This document shows positions 49,071 through 58,718 of a stretch of 64,000 nucleotides of DNA, one piece after another. The stretch covers positions 198,171 to 262,170 of the forward strand of contig SHZZ01000001.1 of the NCBI GenBank assembly GCA_009692005.1, given 5' to 3'. Position numbers and translations under genes: made by a program. Below the pieces are notes generated by a model. That model saw only the letters and a list, made by a program, of their open reading frames with translations, did no database searches and was not told where the DNA came from. The DNA is from Gemmataceae bacterium (GTDB lineage: Bacteria > Planctomycetota > Planctomycetia > Gemmatales > Gemmataceae). How positions within the stretch are numbered: position 1 is the first letter of the stretch; each line of letters begins with the position of its first letter.

Positions 49071-50423
49071 TTAATCCAGGCGCAGCGACCGGGCCACGAT
49101 CCAAGTTTGTTGCGCCCAAAAATCCCTTGCTTTCCAGGGGCCCTCAACCAAGAGGACCACGGTGGTTTTTTCCCCCTGGCAATAAATTAAGTCAATGATT
49201 TTTTGTTGAACATCTGGTTGCACCAGAGAATAGGTTTTTCTTTTGAATTTGAGGATGCCGGGACTTCCTTTTGCCATGGGCAGGGGAAAATCCTGGTCCA
49301 CACCATCTAATTTTCGCTCATCGGAAGGCTCCGCCTGGACTGCCTGGAAAATTTTCATCTCAGGGCTTTTCCAATCCGCTTCCATTTTTCCAGCAGGCCC
49401 GGAAAAAACCTGAAGGGTTCCTCGCTGGTTGGCGAACCCCCCGGTTTCCGTGGGATTTTTCCCAAGCAATCGGGCAGCCAAGCCAGCTTCGCCTTCTCCA
49501 ATTTCCTGGGGAGTCCAAATGGCGTGCAAATAATACAGGGTAAATGACTTATCCTTGGCCTGAATTTCCACCGCCTTCCCGGGACCGGGTGTCCAATCCT
49601 TCCGCGATTCTTTTCTAACCAGAAATCCTTGGGTGAATTCCGACCAGGCCGGCTGAACCTTTTCGCGAACCCGGCCATTGGCCAGGCGGATAAAAAGAAA
49701 GTGAATACCCTGGTAAATTCCCGAGAGGCAGGATCCATTCCAATTCTCCCCGGCTTCATTGGCGCCTACGATTTCAAGTTCATGAAATGCGATGCCGCCA
49801 ACTTGCACATGGGCCCCTTTTTTTTCCCATTCCAGGTTTTGTGGCAAAAGAAAGGCCAGGCGTGTTTTCAATTCTGCCATTTCTTCTTCTGGCTCAGGGT
49901 TTACGGTTTTATAATCCTTGTAATAAAAAGCCAAAATGTCTTGTTGCGGGCCGGTAAATGCCAATTGAGTTTTTAATTGAATCGCCAGCTTTTTATCCTT
50001 GGCATAACCCTTGGGGTCTTGCAGAGAGAACCAAGCGGTTTCCAGATTTTGTGGCGCGGTGCCGGGGTCATGTTCTTTCTGGTTTCCCAGTTGTTCTTTC
50101 AGCAATGGAACCCCAAAAATCCAAACGGCAGCACCGCTTACTGCCAGGAAAAAAACCCCCAAGGCAAGAAACACGAATTGGGTTTGGGAAATACCCAGGG
50201 TTTTCTTTTTTCGTGAAAATTTGGTTTCAACGGCTAAAGGGAATGATTCTTTTTCCTCCCTGTCTGGGTTGAGGTCAGAATTCCCTGGCTTGGTTCTCGC
50301 CTGTGGGCGCAACTGAAACACTTTCTTGCAAAACGGACATTGAATTCGGCCGTCCGGCAATGCCATGGAAAGAGGCATCATCTTTCGACAGGAAGGATTG
50401 CCGCACTGGATTTCATTTGCCAT
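49071..50423 (-). CDS. hypothetical membrane protein with N-terminal zinc ribbon
   Basis: CGNPSC...CPFC ribbon, one TM (FVFLALGVFFLAVSGAAVWIF), then about 330 aa belonging to no family I recognise. Confidence 0.6.
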   Translation of the reverse strand: MANEIQCGNPSCRKMMPLSMALPDGRIQCPFCKKVFQLRPQARTKPGNSDLNPDREEKESFPLAVETKFSRKKKTLGISQTQFVFLALGVFFLAVSGAAVWIFGVPLLKEQLGNQKEHDPGTAPQNLETAWFSLQDPKGYAKDKKLAIQLKTQLAFTGPQQDILAFYYKDYKTVNPEPEEEMAELKTRLAFLLPQNLEWEKKGAHVQVGGIAFHELEIVGANEAGENWNGSCLSGIYQGIHFLFIRLANGRVREKVQPAWSEFTQGFLVRKESRKDWTPGPGKAVEIQAKDKSFTLYYLHAIWTPQEIGEGEAGLAARLLGKNPTETGGFANQRGTLQVFSGPAGKMEADWKSPEMKIFQAVQAEPSDERKLDGVDQDFPLPMAKGSPGILKFKRKTYSLVQPDVQQKIIDLIYCQGEKTTVVLLVEGPWKARDFWAQQTWIVARSLRLD

Positions 50424-50649
50424 AAACCGTTACCCTTTAAGCCAGCATGATTTTCCACCGCCATCCTTGGATTGTAAACCCAAATTTGAAACTAGGTGAC
50501 AACAAGGCTGTTGGAAAAATAATCCGGTTATTCCACTCCTCAATTCTTGAAAATGAAGTGGCGCCTGGAGAATCTTGTCGTGGCGGGGACCGGTTGGTCG
50601 AAACCATTGAGGTTCTCTAAAGGAAATGGAATTTACGGAGGGGTGGCCC

Positions 50650-51039
50650 ATGGCTGGGAAATTGACCAAACTTTTTGGAGTAGGCCTTTATTTGGCTTTT
50701 CTTGGAACTAACCCGGTTCTTGCGGGTGAAGCCCAGAAGGAAACCAAAGCGCCATGCGCCACTTGTAAAGTGAATAAGCATGGCGATTTCAATTGGCGGT
50801 CATGGCTTTTTCACCAGGAAGCGACGCAAGGCCGCAATAATTCAGGGGCCAGGAATCAGGGGACCCGCCAGCTTCCCTTGTACCTCTTTTTTGCACCACC
50901 ATGCCAAGAAAAGCCCAAACAGGAAAACTGCGCCAAAAATTATTCCTGGTCACCAACCGGTTGGAGGAATTTCACCTCCACGGGGCATAGAATGTTTGAC
51001 CTGCCAACCCAATTTGGGGTAGGATCGGGTCAGGACTAA
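50650..51039 (+). CDS. hypothetical small secreted protein (weak call)
   Basis: ATG follows GGAGGGG. The N-terminus MAGKLTKLFGVGLYLAFLGTNPVLAGEA is signal-peptide-like. The remainder has low-complexity composition. Confidence 0.35.
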   Translation: MAGKLTKLFGVGLYLAFLGTNPVLAGEAQKETKAPCATCKVNKHGDFNWRSWLFHQEATQGRNNSGARNQGTRQLPLYLFFAPPCQEKPKQENCAKNYSWSPTGWRNFTSTGHRMFDLPTQFGVGSGQD

Positions 51040-51074
51040 TTGTTAGAAGTCCGACCACGGCAGGAAAAATCCGT

Positions 51075-51962
51075 TTGGCTTCCTTTTTTTCTCGGACCCA
51101 TGAGTTTTTTGCCAATGGATTGGACAAAGAGCTCATGGAATTAGCTGGGACCTTGCTTTGCCAAGGGATTCAGCTTCCTTCATATTTCTTTCAGGAAAAT
51201 CGGGTAAGCCTTTCCATTTCTCGAATTGGGAAGGGCCAGCCTCAATTTGCGACAATAGGGGTTTTATCCAGCCCGGATCTTTGGGAAATTGAAATCCTTT
51301 TATCCCAAAAAATGCCCAATGCTTCTTCCCTAAGAGAATTGGCTGGGTTGCTTGGAGAATTGCTGCAAAAAAATGCAGGTCCATGCCGCCAGTTGATGAC
51401 CTTGCTGCCACATTCCGCTTTTTTATCAGGGCCCATTGTTGAGGCGGGATTCCGGGACATTTGTCAATTTGTCGATTATCATTGGGCAGGGAAAACGGAT
51501 TTCCCGCTCTTGCCCCTAACCGAGGAAATAGAATTCCTGCCCTTGGCTGAATTTTCCACCCATTCCTTGGAAAAACTTTTTTGTTCCACTTGTGTTAACA
51601 CTTTGGATTGCCCGGAAGGCTCATCCTACCGTAAAAACGCAGACATATTTTCCTCTTTAATTTCGGCTCAGCATTTGTCCGCGGATTTTTCTTTTTGCCT
51701 GCTGAAAAGGGGTGAACTTGTAGGGCTTTTAATTGGAATTTACGCCTTTGGTTGCCCTGAAATCCAATACTTGGGTGTGGTTCCTGGGGCGCGGGGGAAA
51801 AAACTTGGCCGTTTATTGGCGGAAGAATTTTTGCGCCGGATACAAAGCCAAGATTTGCACCAGGCTCAGGTCTTGGTGGATGAAAGGAATTGGGCGGCCA
51901 AGAATATTTATGAGCTGTTTGGATTCCTTCCAGAAAAAAAATGGCAATTGTTCTTGGCGTAA
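51075..51962 (+). CDS. GNAT-family N-acetyltransferase with N-terminal extension
   Basis: The C-terminal third carries the acetyl-CoA motif LGVVPGARGKKLGRLL and NWAAKNIYELFGF. The start codon is TTG. Confidence 0.65.
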   Translation: MASFFSRTHEFFANGLDKELMELAGTLLCQGIQLPSYFFQENRVSLSISRIGKGQPQFATIGVLSSPDLWEIEILLSQKMPNASSLRELAGLLGELLQKNAGPCRQLMTLLPHSAFLSGPIVEAGFRDICQFVDYHWAGKTDFPLLPLTEEIEFLPLAEFSTHSLEKLFCSTCVNTLDCPEGSSYRKNADIFSSLISAQHLSADFSFCLLKRGELVGLLIGIYAFGCPEIQYLGVVPGARGKKLGRLLAEEFLRRIQSQDLHQAQVLVDERNWAAKNIYELFGFLPEKKWQLFLA

Positions 51963-52138
51963 CCTGTGAATTTAAAAGGGTTTTTGCCGGGTGTAAAAAT
52001 CTTGACCAAAAAAAACAAAAATAAAGTTGGCAAAATGATTTCCTCAGCCTAAGTTACTCCTCTCCGAAGGCGGCTGGCTTCTGTCCCAACAGGAAAACCG
52101 GCCTACAGTTCTCCCCGGTTCATGCAATTTTCTGCACC

Positions 52139-53557
52139 ATGGAAATTTCCCAAAGTCTGGGTTTATGCCCGGATAAATTGAAGGCTGTTTTTATTCGCAG
52201 GATTGGCGAATCCCGTTTCAAACTTTGGTTTGACCAGCGGGTGCGGTTTATCCTCGGAAATGATTGCCTTAAGGTTCTCGTTCCCAATCGGCATTTGCTT
52301 GATTGGCTCAATACCCGTTTTCGCGCCGACCTGGAACATTGTGCCCGCGAGGTTTTTGAAAAAACCCTTAAAATCCTGTTTGAAATAGCGGAAGAAAAGG
52401 AAATTAAAGCCGGCGAAAAAGGCCTTACTCAGGTACATTTGGAAAATGGTGAACAAAGCCAGGCGCCGACCCCTGTTCAATTGTCGCATGATTCCTCGCC
52501 TCGTCGAAAACCGGCCTGGGAGGGCTTTGAATCGTTTTTCCCTGGCGAGAATAATCGTAATTCCTGGGAAACCTCCCGCAGATTCGCTTCGGGCAAAGCC
52601 GTGCATTGCAATCCCTTGGTGTTGTTTGGTCCTTCAGGGTGCGGGAAAACCCATTTACTTGGAGCTATTTACAAGGAAGTGAAGCGGAACCCGGCCTTGG
52701 GGTCAGTTCATTACTTGACTGCGGAGGATTTTACCTTTCAATTTGTCAGTGCCGTTCAAAAAGGCCGGGTTCCTTCCTTCCGTTCCAAGTATCATTTCGC
52801 CAATCTCCTTTTGTTGGATGATTGCCAATTTCTTGCGGATAAACCCGCAACACAAAAAGAGTTTTTGCTCACCATGGATGGCGTCCTCCGCCACGGTGGT
52901 TTACTTGCGGTTTCCCTGGACGGCCATCCGCGCTTGACCAAAAGGCTCCTGCCGGAAATTGCCGACAGACTCGGCGCGGGGGTGGTTTGCCCCATGGTGA
53001 ACGATGACTCCATGGGCAGAAAGGATTTCATCCAAGGGTTTTGGCGGAAATTGAATTCGGAGCCCCTGCCTGATGATGTTGTGAATTTTTTACTGAAGAA
53101 ATTTCAGGGCAACATTCGGGAATTACAAGGGTTATTAAGACAGGTGGCAAATCAGGCTGCTATTACCAGTTTGCCGCCAAACCGGGATTTAGTTCACCGT
53201 GCCAGCGCGGGTTATGTATTTTCTGCCATTCGAAAATGGAGTATGGCTGAAATTGAGGGTGCGGTTTGCCAATTGGCTAGCCTGCCAGGGGGTGGCTTGC
53301 GAAAACCCTTGAGGGATAGGGCTAGCGGACTCTGGCGCAGCTTGGCCATTTATTTGTGCAGGAAATGGAATGGGGCGACCTTTCGTGCAATTGGAATTTT
53401 CTTCGGAAACCAAAACCACAGCACGGTGATTGCCGCTGAAAAACGCATCCAGAAATTGTTGGAACAAAAAGTCGTGGTTTCTTTGGGGACCGCTGCAATG
53501 CCGTTATCTTTGGCGATTAGCCAGGTCGAAAGTAATCTGAAAAGGGCTGGAGGGTAG
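52139..53557 (+). CDS. dnaA: chromosomal replication initiator protein DnaA (divergent)
   Basis: Domain I-like KLWFDQ...LKVLVPN, Walker A GPSGCGKTHLL, Walker B LLLDDCQFL, and domain IV AIYLCRKWNGATFRAIGIFFGNQNHSTVIAAEKRI. Confidence 0.88.
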   Translation: MEISQSLGLCPDKLKAVFIRRIGESRFKLWFDQRVRFILGNDCLKVLVPNRHLLDWLNTRFRADLEHCAREVFEKTLKILFEIAEEKEIKAGEKGLTQVHLENGEQSQAPTPVQLSHDSSPRRKPAWEGFESFFPGENNRNSWETSRRFASGKAVHCNPLVLFGPSGCGKTHLLGAIYKEVKRNPALGSVHYLTAEDFTFQFVSAVQKGRVPSFRSKYHFANLLLLDDCQFLADKPATQKEFLLTMDGVLRHGGLLAVSLDGHPRLTKRLLPEIADRLGAGVVCPMVNDDSMGRKDFIQGFWRKLNSEPLPDDVVNFLLKKFQGNIRELQGLLRQVANQAAITSLPPNRDLVHRASAGYVFSAIRKWSMAEIEGAVCQLASLPGGGLRKPLRDRASGLWRSLAIYLCRKWNGATFRAIGIFFGNQNHSTVIAAEKRIQKLLEQKVVVSLGTAAMPLSLAISQVESNLKRAGG

Positions 53558-53811
53558 AATAGGTGGACTTGGAGGGTTTGCGAAACCAGGCAGGGTTTGT
53601 TGGTTTTGCTGATAGCTGTTTTTCTTCTTTTGTTCCTTTATTCCTTTTATTCCATTCTAAACGATTTCCTTTTCCGATTGGATTATTAGCAAAGTGCGGC
53701 GTCCACAAACTTGGCAGGGCCGCATAGCTTCCGGCAAATCGCGGGGGTTGGACTTACCGTCGGAATGGAATCCGGCAGCGATTGGCCGACATAATCCGGA
53801 AAGGAGTCGCT

Positions 53812-54252
53812 ATGAAGCGGATTGCTTTGGTTTTGTGTGCCATGGTTGGTTTTACCATGGCTTCTGCAAGTGCTCATGCGGGGTGGGGGTCTATGAGCTA
53901 CAGTGGTTGGCAACCTTGGTACAACATTTTTGCCAAACGCTACAAATGCTTAACCCCAGAAGAGGAACGCCTACAGAAGTTTTGGCATGACTATTACAAT
54001 GCCATGCAAAATTATTATGGCGCCTTGGACAATATTGATTGGGTCGCTTATTACAAAAACCACGGGTATCAGATTAACGGTGGTTTTGGCGGCAGGGTCA
54101 ATTATGCCCCCGTGTTTGTCAGCCCCAATATGCAATGGGCTGTTCCTAACGGTGCGGCGGGTGGCCCTCCCGTAAGCGCTGGCGCCATGGGCGCAATGCC
54201 CTTGATGCCGGCTAACTTCGGTCCAGCCCCGGTTCCCTATCCCGGGAACTAA
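53812..54252 (+). CDS. hypothetical small secreted protein, Tyr/Trp/Asn/Gly/Pro-rich
   Basis: AAAGGAG lies upstream, the signal peptide is MKRIALVLCAMVGFTMASASAHA, and a strong terminator follows. The ORF is open from 53782. Confidence 0.6.
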   Translation: MKRIALVLCAMVGFTMASASAHAGWGSMSYSGWQPWYNIFAKRYKCLTPEEERLQKFWHDYYNAMQNYYGALDNIDWVAYYKNHGYQINGGFGGRVNYAPVFVSPNMQWAVPNGAAGGPPVSAGAMGAMPLMPANFGPAPVPYPGN

Positions 54253-54282
54253 GGCCAGGCCTATTTCGCCCTGAGGCTTTTT

Positions 54283-54322
54283 GGGTCGGTTTCCTTAAAA
54301 GGGAACCGACCCTGCCTTTTTT
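54283..54322 (+). terminator. rho-independent terminator
   Basis: GGGTCGGTTTCC-TTAAAA-GGGAACCGACCC (12 bp, one G.U pair) followed by TGCCTTTTTT. Confidence 0.78.
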
Positions 54323-54452
54323 ATCGGTTCTCCCGGGGAACTGGAAAAAGCCGTTCAGGGAACCTGGTTTCATTTCGATTACACTTCCCCCCCGAGATTT
54401 CTTTGCCCGGAGCATGGTAAACTTCCCTCAACCTTTTCCTGGGGATGTGATC

Positions 54453-54818
54453 ATGCGAATTTCAAAACCTTTGCTTGCCGTTTCTCTTTCTCTGGCTTTT
54501 GGCGCCCTTGCCTACGGGCAGGCCCCTTCTCCTGTAATGACTTCTCCTCAGCCCAAAGTCCAGGCCCCCAACCCCAATGCACCCAAATGGGTCTTGGTGA
54601 TCCCCATGGCCCAGGGCACTGCGGGAAATGGTTTTTATTACGCCAATTGCAACGGAATGGTTTATGGCCCCAATTACTACCTGCGACCACCATTTCCGCC
54701 ATTCAACGGCTTACTTCCAGAAATGAATAATTGCAATAAGCCTGCCGGTTTCCCAGGCATGTCCTTCCCCTCGCATCCCTTCGCCAGAAGCCCAAGGGAT
54801 TTCTTTATGGTGGATTAA
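54453..54818 (+). CDS. hypothetical small secreted protein ending in [14 protein letters not shown]
   Basis: Signal peptide [23 protein letters not shown] and a Pro/Asn/Gly/aromatic-rich mature part. The ORF is open from 54414. Confidence 0.6.
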   Translation: MRISKPLLAVSLSLAFGALAYGQAPSPVMTSPQPKVQAPNPNAPKWVLVIPMAQGTAGNGFYYANCNGMVYGPNYYLRPPFPPFNGLLPEMNNCNKPAGFPGMSFPSHPFARSPRDFFMVD

Positions 54819-56911
54819 GGACCATTCTCCACGGGTAATTTCCCGATGGCCTCTTCAATGGCCTTGGTTCCCAACATGGGTTGTGAACAAGTTTCTCCTA
54901 GGCATTGATACCATTTGGCTTTGGCCTCGGGTTGCATTCCTTCCAACCATGGAACAAGGGAAATTACTTGGGGGAAGCTTTCCCTATCCAGGGGAATTGA
55001 AACCTGGTTGGGGTTAAAGGTGAAGTTGGCCTTTCTTCTTAATTCCAGTAATTCCCGGGAAAAGGAATCCGCGGACCAAACCCATTCAGAAACCGGCCCC
55101 ATGGCAAAATCGAGGGAGCAAAGCATTTGCCCCATGGCCTGGGGGAGCTTTTCCATGAAGGGGGAAAACGCCTCCAAGGTTTTCCAGGCCAGGTCAGAAA
55201 AATCCTTTCGGTTTGCCAGCAAGCCCAATTTCAACAGGCATTCCACAGCCAGAGAATTTCCGCTTGGGATGGCATTGTCCTGCCATTCCTTTGGGCGATG
55301 AATTAAATCCTCGTGGGAGTTGCCCGTGAAGAAAAAACCCTGGCCACTTGGGTCATGAAATTCCTCGACCATGATTTCAGCCAGTTGTATCGCCTCTTGT
55401 AACCAACGCGCCTGGCCGCTGCATTCAAAAAGGGAAATCAAGCCGGTGATGAGAAAGGAGTAATCCTCCAAGTAGGCATTGAGTTTTCCCTTGCCCGCCG
55501 GACTCCAGGTCCTAAAGAGTTTTCCCGTCTTGGGGTCTTTCAGTAATTCGAGCACAGCCTGGGCGCACTTTTCCGCCAAGTGTCCTGCCTGACCCAGGCA
55601 GGTGGCTTGGGCAATTCGAGAAAGGGCGTCGATCATTAAGCCGTTCCACGAAGTCAGGCATTTTTTATCCAACCCAGGGTGGACGCGGGTTTTTCTTTGC
55701 TGGAAAAGTTTTTCCAGCCCGGCCCTGCACTGAGCGCGCAATTCATGAGCGCTAAATCCATGCAATTTTCCCAGGTCTTCCCAGTGCTTTTGGCGATGCA
55801 GAATGTTTTTCCCTTCCCAATTCCCCTCGGTTTCAATTCCGTAAACTCTGCAAAAAGTTTCGCCCATCTCACCTGGAATCAGGGCCATGACCTCGTCTTT
55901 TTCCCAAACATAAAACTTCCCTTCCTCACCTTCGCTATCGGCGTCAAGAGTGCTGAAAAATAAACCTTCCGGCGATAGCATTTCCCGTTGGGCCCAAGCC
56001 ATTGTGTCTTGAATTATTTCGAGAAATTCCTCCCGGGCAGTTAATTGGTAACCTTCCAGGTAGCAGTTCAAAAGTTGGGCGTTGTCGTAAAGCATTTTTT
56101 CGAAATGGGGCACCAGCCACTTTTCGTCCGTGCTGTAACGGGCGAAGCCTCCGCCAGCGTGGTCGTAAATTCCCCCCATGCCCATCTCTTCCAGGGATTT
56201 AATCCCCATGTGGAGGAAGTCGGGGTTTTTGAAACGGTGGTAGAGGCGGAATAACAGCCGAATATCCATGGGGTGAGGAAATTTTGGGGCCCTGCCGAAC
56301 CCGCCATAAACCCGGTCGAAAGATTTTCCCAGGGCATGACCGGCATTTTCTAACATGGATTCCTTCAGGGGAGTTTTTCCGGTTTTCCCCACAATTTCTT
56401 TGCCAATTTCCTTGGTCACCACCTGAGCTTGTTCCAGAATTTCCTCCCGCCGATTATTCCACCAGTCTTTCAGGGTAAGAATCAACCGGGTGAACCCTGG
56501 CCTGCCATAGCGATCGCTCGGGGGAAAGTAGGTGCCACCGAAGAAGGGTTTCAAATCCGGTGTGAGGAAGACCGACATGGGCCACCCCCCCTGCCCTGTC
56601 AAGGCTTGCACTGCCGCCATGTAAATTTGATCGAGATCGGGCCTCTCCTCGCGGTCAACTTTGATATTGATGAAATTTTGATTTAGCAGGTTGGCAATTT
56701 CAGGGTTTTCAAAACTTTCCCGCTCCATGACATGGCACCAATGGCAAGCGGAATAGCCAATGCTCAGGAATATTGGTTTGTCCTCACGAGCTGCCTGACC
56801 CAAGGCTTCTTTATCCCAGGGCTGCCAATCGACAGGGTTTTTCGCGTGCTGGCGCAAATAGGGGGAAGATTCCTCAGCCAGCCGATTTTCCCGATTTGAA
56901 GTCATCAGCAA
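54815..56911 (-). CDS. thioredoxin-domain protein of the DUF255/YyaL family
   Basis: N-terminal [14 protein letters not shown] thioredoxin-like motif plus a long alpha/alpha-toroid-like C-terminal region. 698 aa. Confidence 0.9.
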   Translation of the reverse strand: MLMTSNRENRLAEESSPYLRQHAKNPVDWQPWDKEALGQAAREDKPIFLSIGYSACHWCHVMERESFENPEIANLLNQNFINIKVDREERPDLDQIYMAAVQALTGQGGWPMSVFLTPDLKPFFGGTYFPPSDRYGRPGFTRLILTLKDWWNNRREEILEQAQVVTKEIGKEIVGKTGKTPLKESMLENAGHALGKSFDRVYGGFGRAPKFPHPMDIRLLFRLYHRFKNPDFLHMGIKSLEEMGMGGIYDHAGGGFARYSTDEKWLVPHFEKMLYDNAQLLNCYLEGYQLTAREEFLEIIQDTMAWAQREMLSPEGLFFSTLDADSEGEEGKFYVWEKDEVMALIPGEMGETFCRVYGIETEGNWEGKNILHRQKHWEDLGKLHGFSAHELRAQCRAGLEKLFQQRKTRVHPGLDKKCLTSWNGLMIDALSRIAQATCLGQAGHLAEKCAQAVLELLKDPKTGKLFRTWSPAGKGKLNAYLEDYSFLITGLISLFECSGQARWLQEAIQLAEIMVEEFHDPSGQGFFFTGNSHEDLIHRPKEWQDNAIPSGNSLAVECLLKLGLLANRKDFSDLAWKTLEAFSPFMEKLPQAMGQMLCSLDFAMGPVSEWVWSADSFSRELLELRRKANFTFNPNQVSIPLDRESFPQVISLVPWLEGMQPEAKAKWYQCLGETCSQPMLGTKAIEEAIGKLPVENGP

Positions 56912-56932
56912 ATTCCTAAAAAGTGCAACCTG

Positions 56933-58447
56933 TTAATTACTGTCCAGAATCCGCAGCAATTTTGACAATTCCTCTTCGGGATCGTCGGTGTCAAAGAGGG
57001 CTGCGCTTACCACGATCTTTGAAGCCCCGGCTTGCTTCACACTGGCGAGATTGGAAGCATGGATTCCCCCAATGGCAAACCACGGAATGCGGATCTCTTG
57101 GGCCGCGAACTCCACCAGGGGTATCCCCGCCAATTTGGGGATGAATTTGGTCTTGGACGGGAAGACGGGCCCGATGCCGATGTAATTCGCCCCTTGAAGG
57201 ACTGCGGTCTTTGCCTGTTCCTGGTTATGACTGCTTATGCCGATTAACATTTCCGGCCCTGCGATCAGCCGAGCTTGGGAAAGGGGTAAGTCTTCCTGAC
57301 CGAGATGAACTGCGTCGGCCCGGACAACTCTGGCAATATCCGGGCGGTCGTTGATTACCAGGAGGGTGTTGGTTTTTTGGGTTAGTTCCCGGATTTTATT
57401 TCCAAACATTAACAATTCCCGGTCGCCGGCCCCCTTCATCCTTAATTGCACCACATCCAGGCCGTTTCTCAATAAGCGTTCCAGGGCATGAAGGCCCGTT
57501 TTTTCTAATTGCTCACGGTTTAATAAGCAATAAATGCGCGCCTGTTTAAACGGGTTTTCCCGAGTTAACCGCGCCATTAGGTTTTTCTCAAGGTCATAAG
57601 ATTGGTAGCGAAAACGAGCCATTTGTTCAGGAAACGACCGGTCCACCAGTTTCCCAAACTCCTCCAGCGACCGCAGCGATTCCTGCACCCGTTTCAAGTT
57701 CGCCTTGAGAATGTCCCCGATTGAATCGCGGGTTTGCTCGGCTTCTGTGCGTATTTCCAGCCCTACATCCTCGGACACATTGCGGTTGGGCAAAAACCAT
57801 TTGGCTTGATAAGGCAGAATTGCCTGTTGAAAGTCGTGCCGGAAGTTCTTGGCCGATTCCGTCAACACCGGGTCATTCCAGTGGAAGCGCAGGTAATCTT
57901 CCACCACGCGCAACCCTTCCCGCACGCGGTTGGCCGCGGCATCGAGAATACGGCCGGCTCCTGAAGCATCAGTTTCCAGCTCAAATTCCAGGGGGCTTTC
58001 CAATATCAACCCCTCAGGAAGTTGATTCTTTAAAAGGGCCTGAAGCGGTTCCCAACCAACCCCGATGGACTCCAGGGATTCTCGCGCTCCTTCCATTTCC
58101 TCCATGAGAACAAAAAGGAACCCCAAGCTGGTCCCTTCCGATTCCATGAGGTGATCTTTGGAAGCGCGCAGAATTCTCCTTGCCAGGTTGCGAACTCCAG
58201 GAAGTTTCTCCCATGCGGGTATGGGGCCAGTGGAACCCTCCTCCTGCAGGGTGACCAGGGTTGGCGTGGTTAATCCCGCCTGAGACAAAAGTACCGCCGC
58301 CAAGCCTTCTCCTTCAGCAAGTAAACCCAGGAGGCATTGCCGGGGCGTTGGTTTGACTAGTTTTTCCTCCAGCGCCAAGTTTCCGGCAATACTCAGAGCC
58401 CGCTGGCAGCCTGGGCTAAGTTCTTGAAACATGAATGATTCTTTCAA
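56933..58447 (-). CDS. thiE: thiamine-phosphate synthase with a ~290-aa N-terminal extension
   Basis: The C-terminal 210 aa are ThiE (VQLRMKG, LVINDRPDIA, VHLGQEDL, GISSHN, IGIGPVFPSKTK). The N-terminus is Clp-N-repeat-like, followed by a RILDAAANRVREGLRVVEDYLRF segment. Confidence 0.85.
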   Translation of the reverse strand: MKESFMFQELSPGCQRALSIAGNLALEEKLVKPTPRQCLLGLLAEGEGLAAVLLSQAGLTTPTLVTLQEEGSTGPIPAWEKLPGVRNLARRILRASKDHLMESEGTSLGFLFVLMEEMEGARESLESIGVGWEPLQALLKNQLPEGLILESPLEFELETDASGAGRILDAAANRVREGLRVVEDYLRFHWNDPVLTESAKNFRHDFQQAILPYQAKWFLPNRNVSEDVGLEIRTEAEQTRDSIGDILKANLKRVQESLRSLEEFGKLVDRSFPEQMARFRYQSYDLEKNLMARLTRENPFKQARIYCLLNREQLEKTGLHALERLLRNGLDVVQLRMKGAGDRELLMFGNKIRELTQKTNTLLVINDRPDIARVVRADAVHLGQEDLPLSQARLIAGPEMLIGISSHNQEQAKTAVLQGANYIGIGPVFPSKTKFIPKLAGIPLVEFAAQEIRIPWFAIGGIHASNLASVKQAGASKIVVSAALFDTDDPEEELSKLLRILDSN

Positions 58448-58718
58448 AAAATGGCCCCAATATTTCGGCGCGAATGGTTTCTTCAGGACTTCCTCGCCCG
58501 CTTTCCCTCTCCGTCATTCTTACCAATTAGGCATGATCCATCAAATCCCGGGAAATGGAACCTTGGATTAGGGAACTTCCCCCGAAAAGTTTGCCAGGTT
58601 TCAGACTGGCTTGGATCCGGACGATTTTACCCATAGCGTCTGGCCGGGACTATTTCCCAAGCAAGGTTGCTAGGGTCAGGTCAGAAGGATTCAATTGTTT
58701 TTTTGGGGGAGAATTAGA

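Noticed and set aside
51963-52138. DnaA boxes and a promoter upstream of dnaA (TGTGAATTT at 51965, TTGACC at 52002).
   Set aside because: The best box match is 6 of 9. No -10 element sits at a proper distance from TTGACC. The spacer is merely A-rich, so I did not annotate it.
58448-58694. A TPP (THI-box) riboswitch upstream of thiE.
   Set aside because: The minus-strand leader has no CTGAGA...ACCTGATCTGGATAATGCCAGCG-type core. There is only an isolated CTGAAACCTGG.
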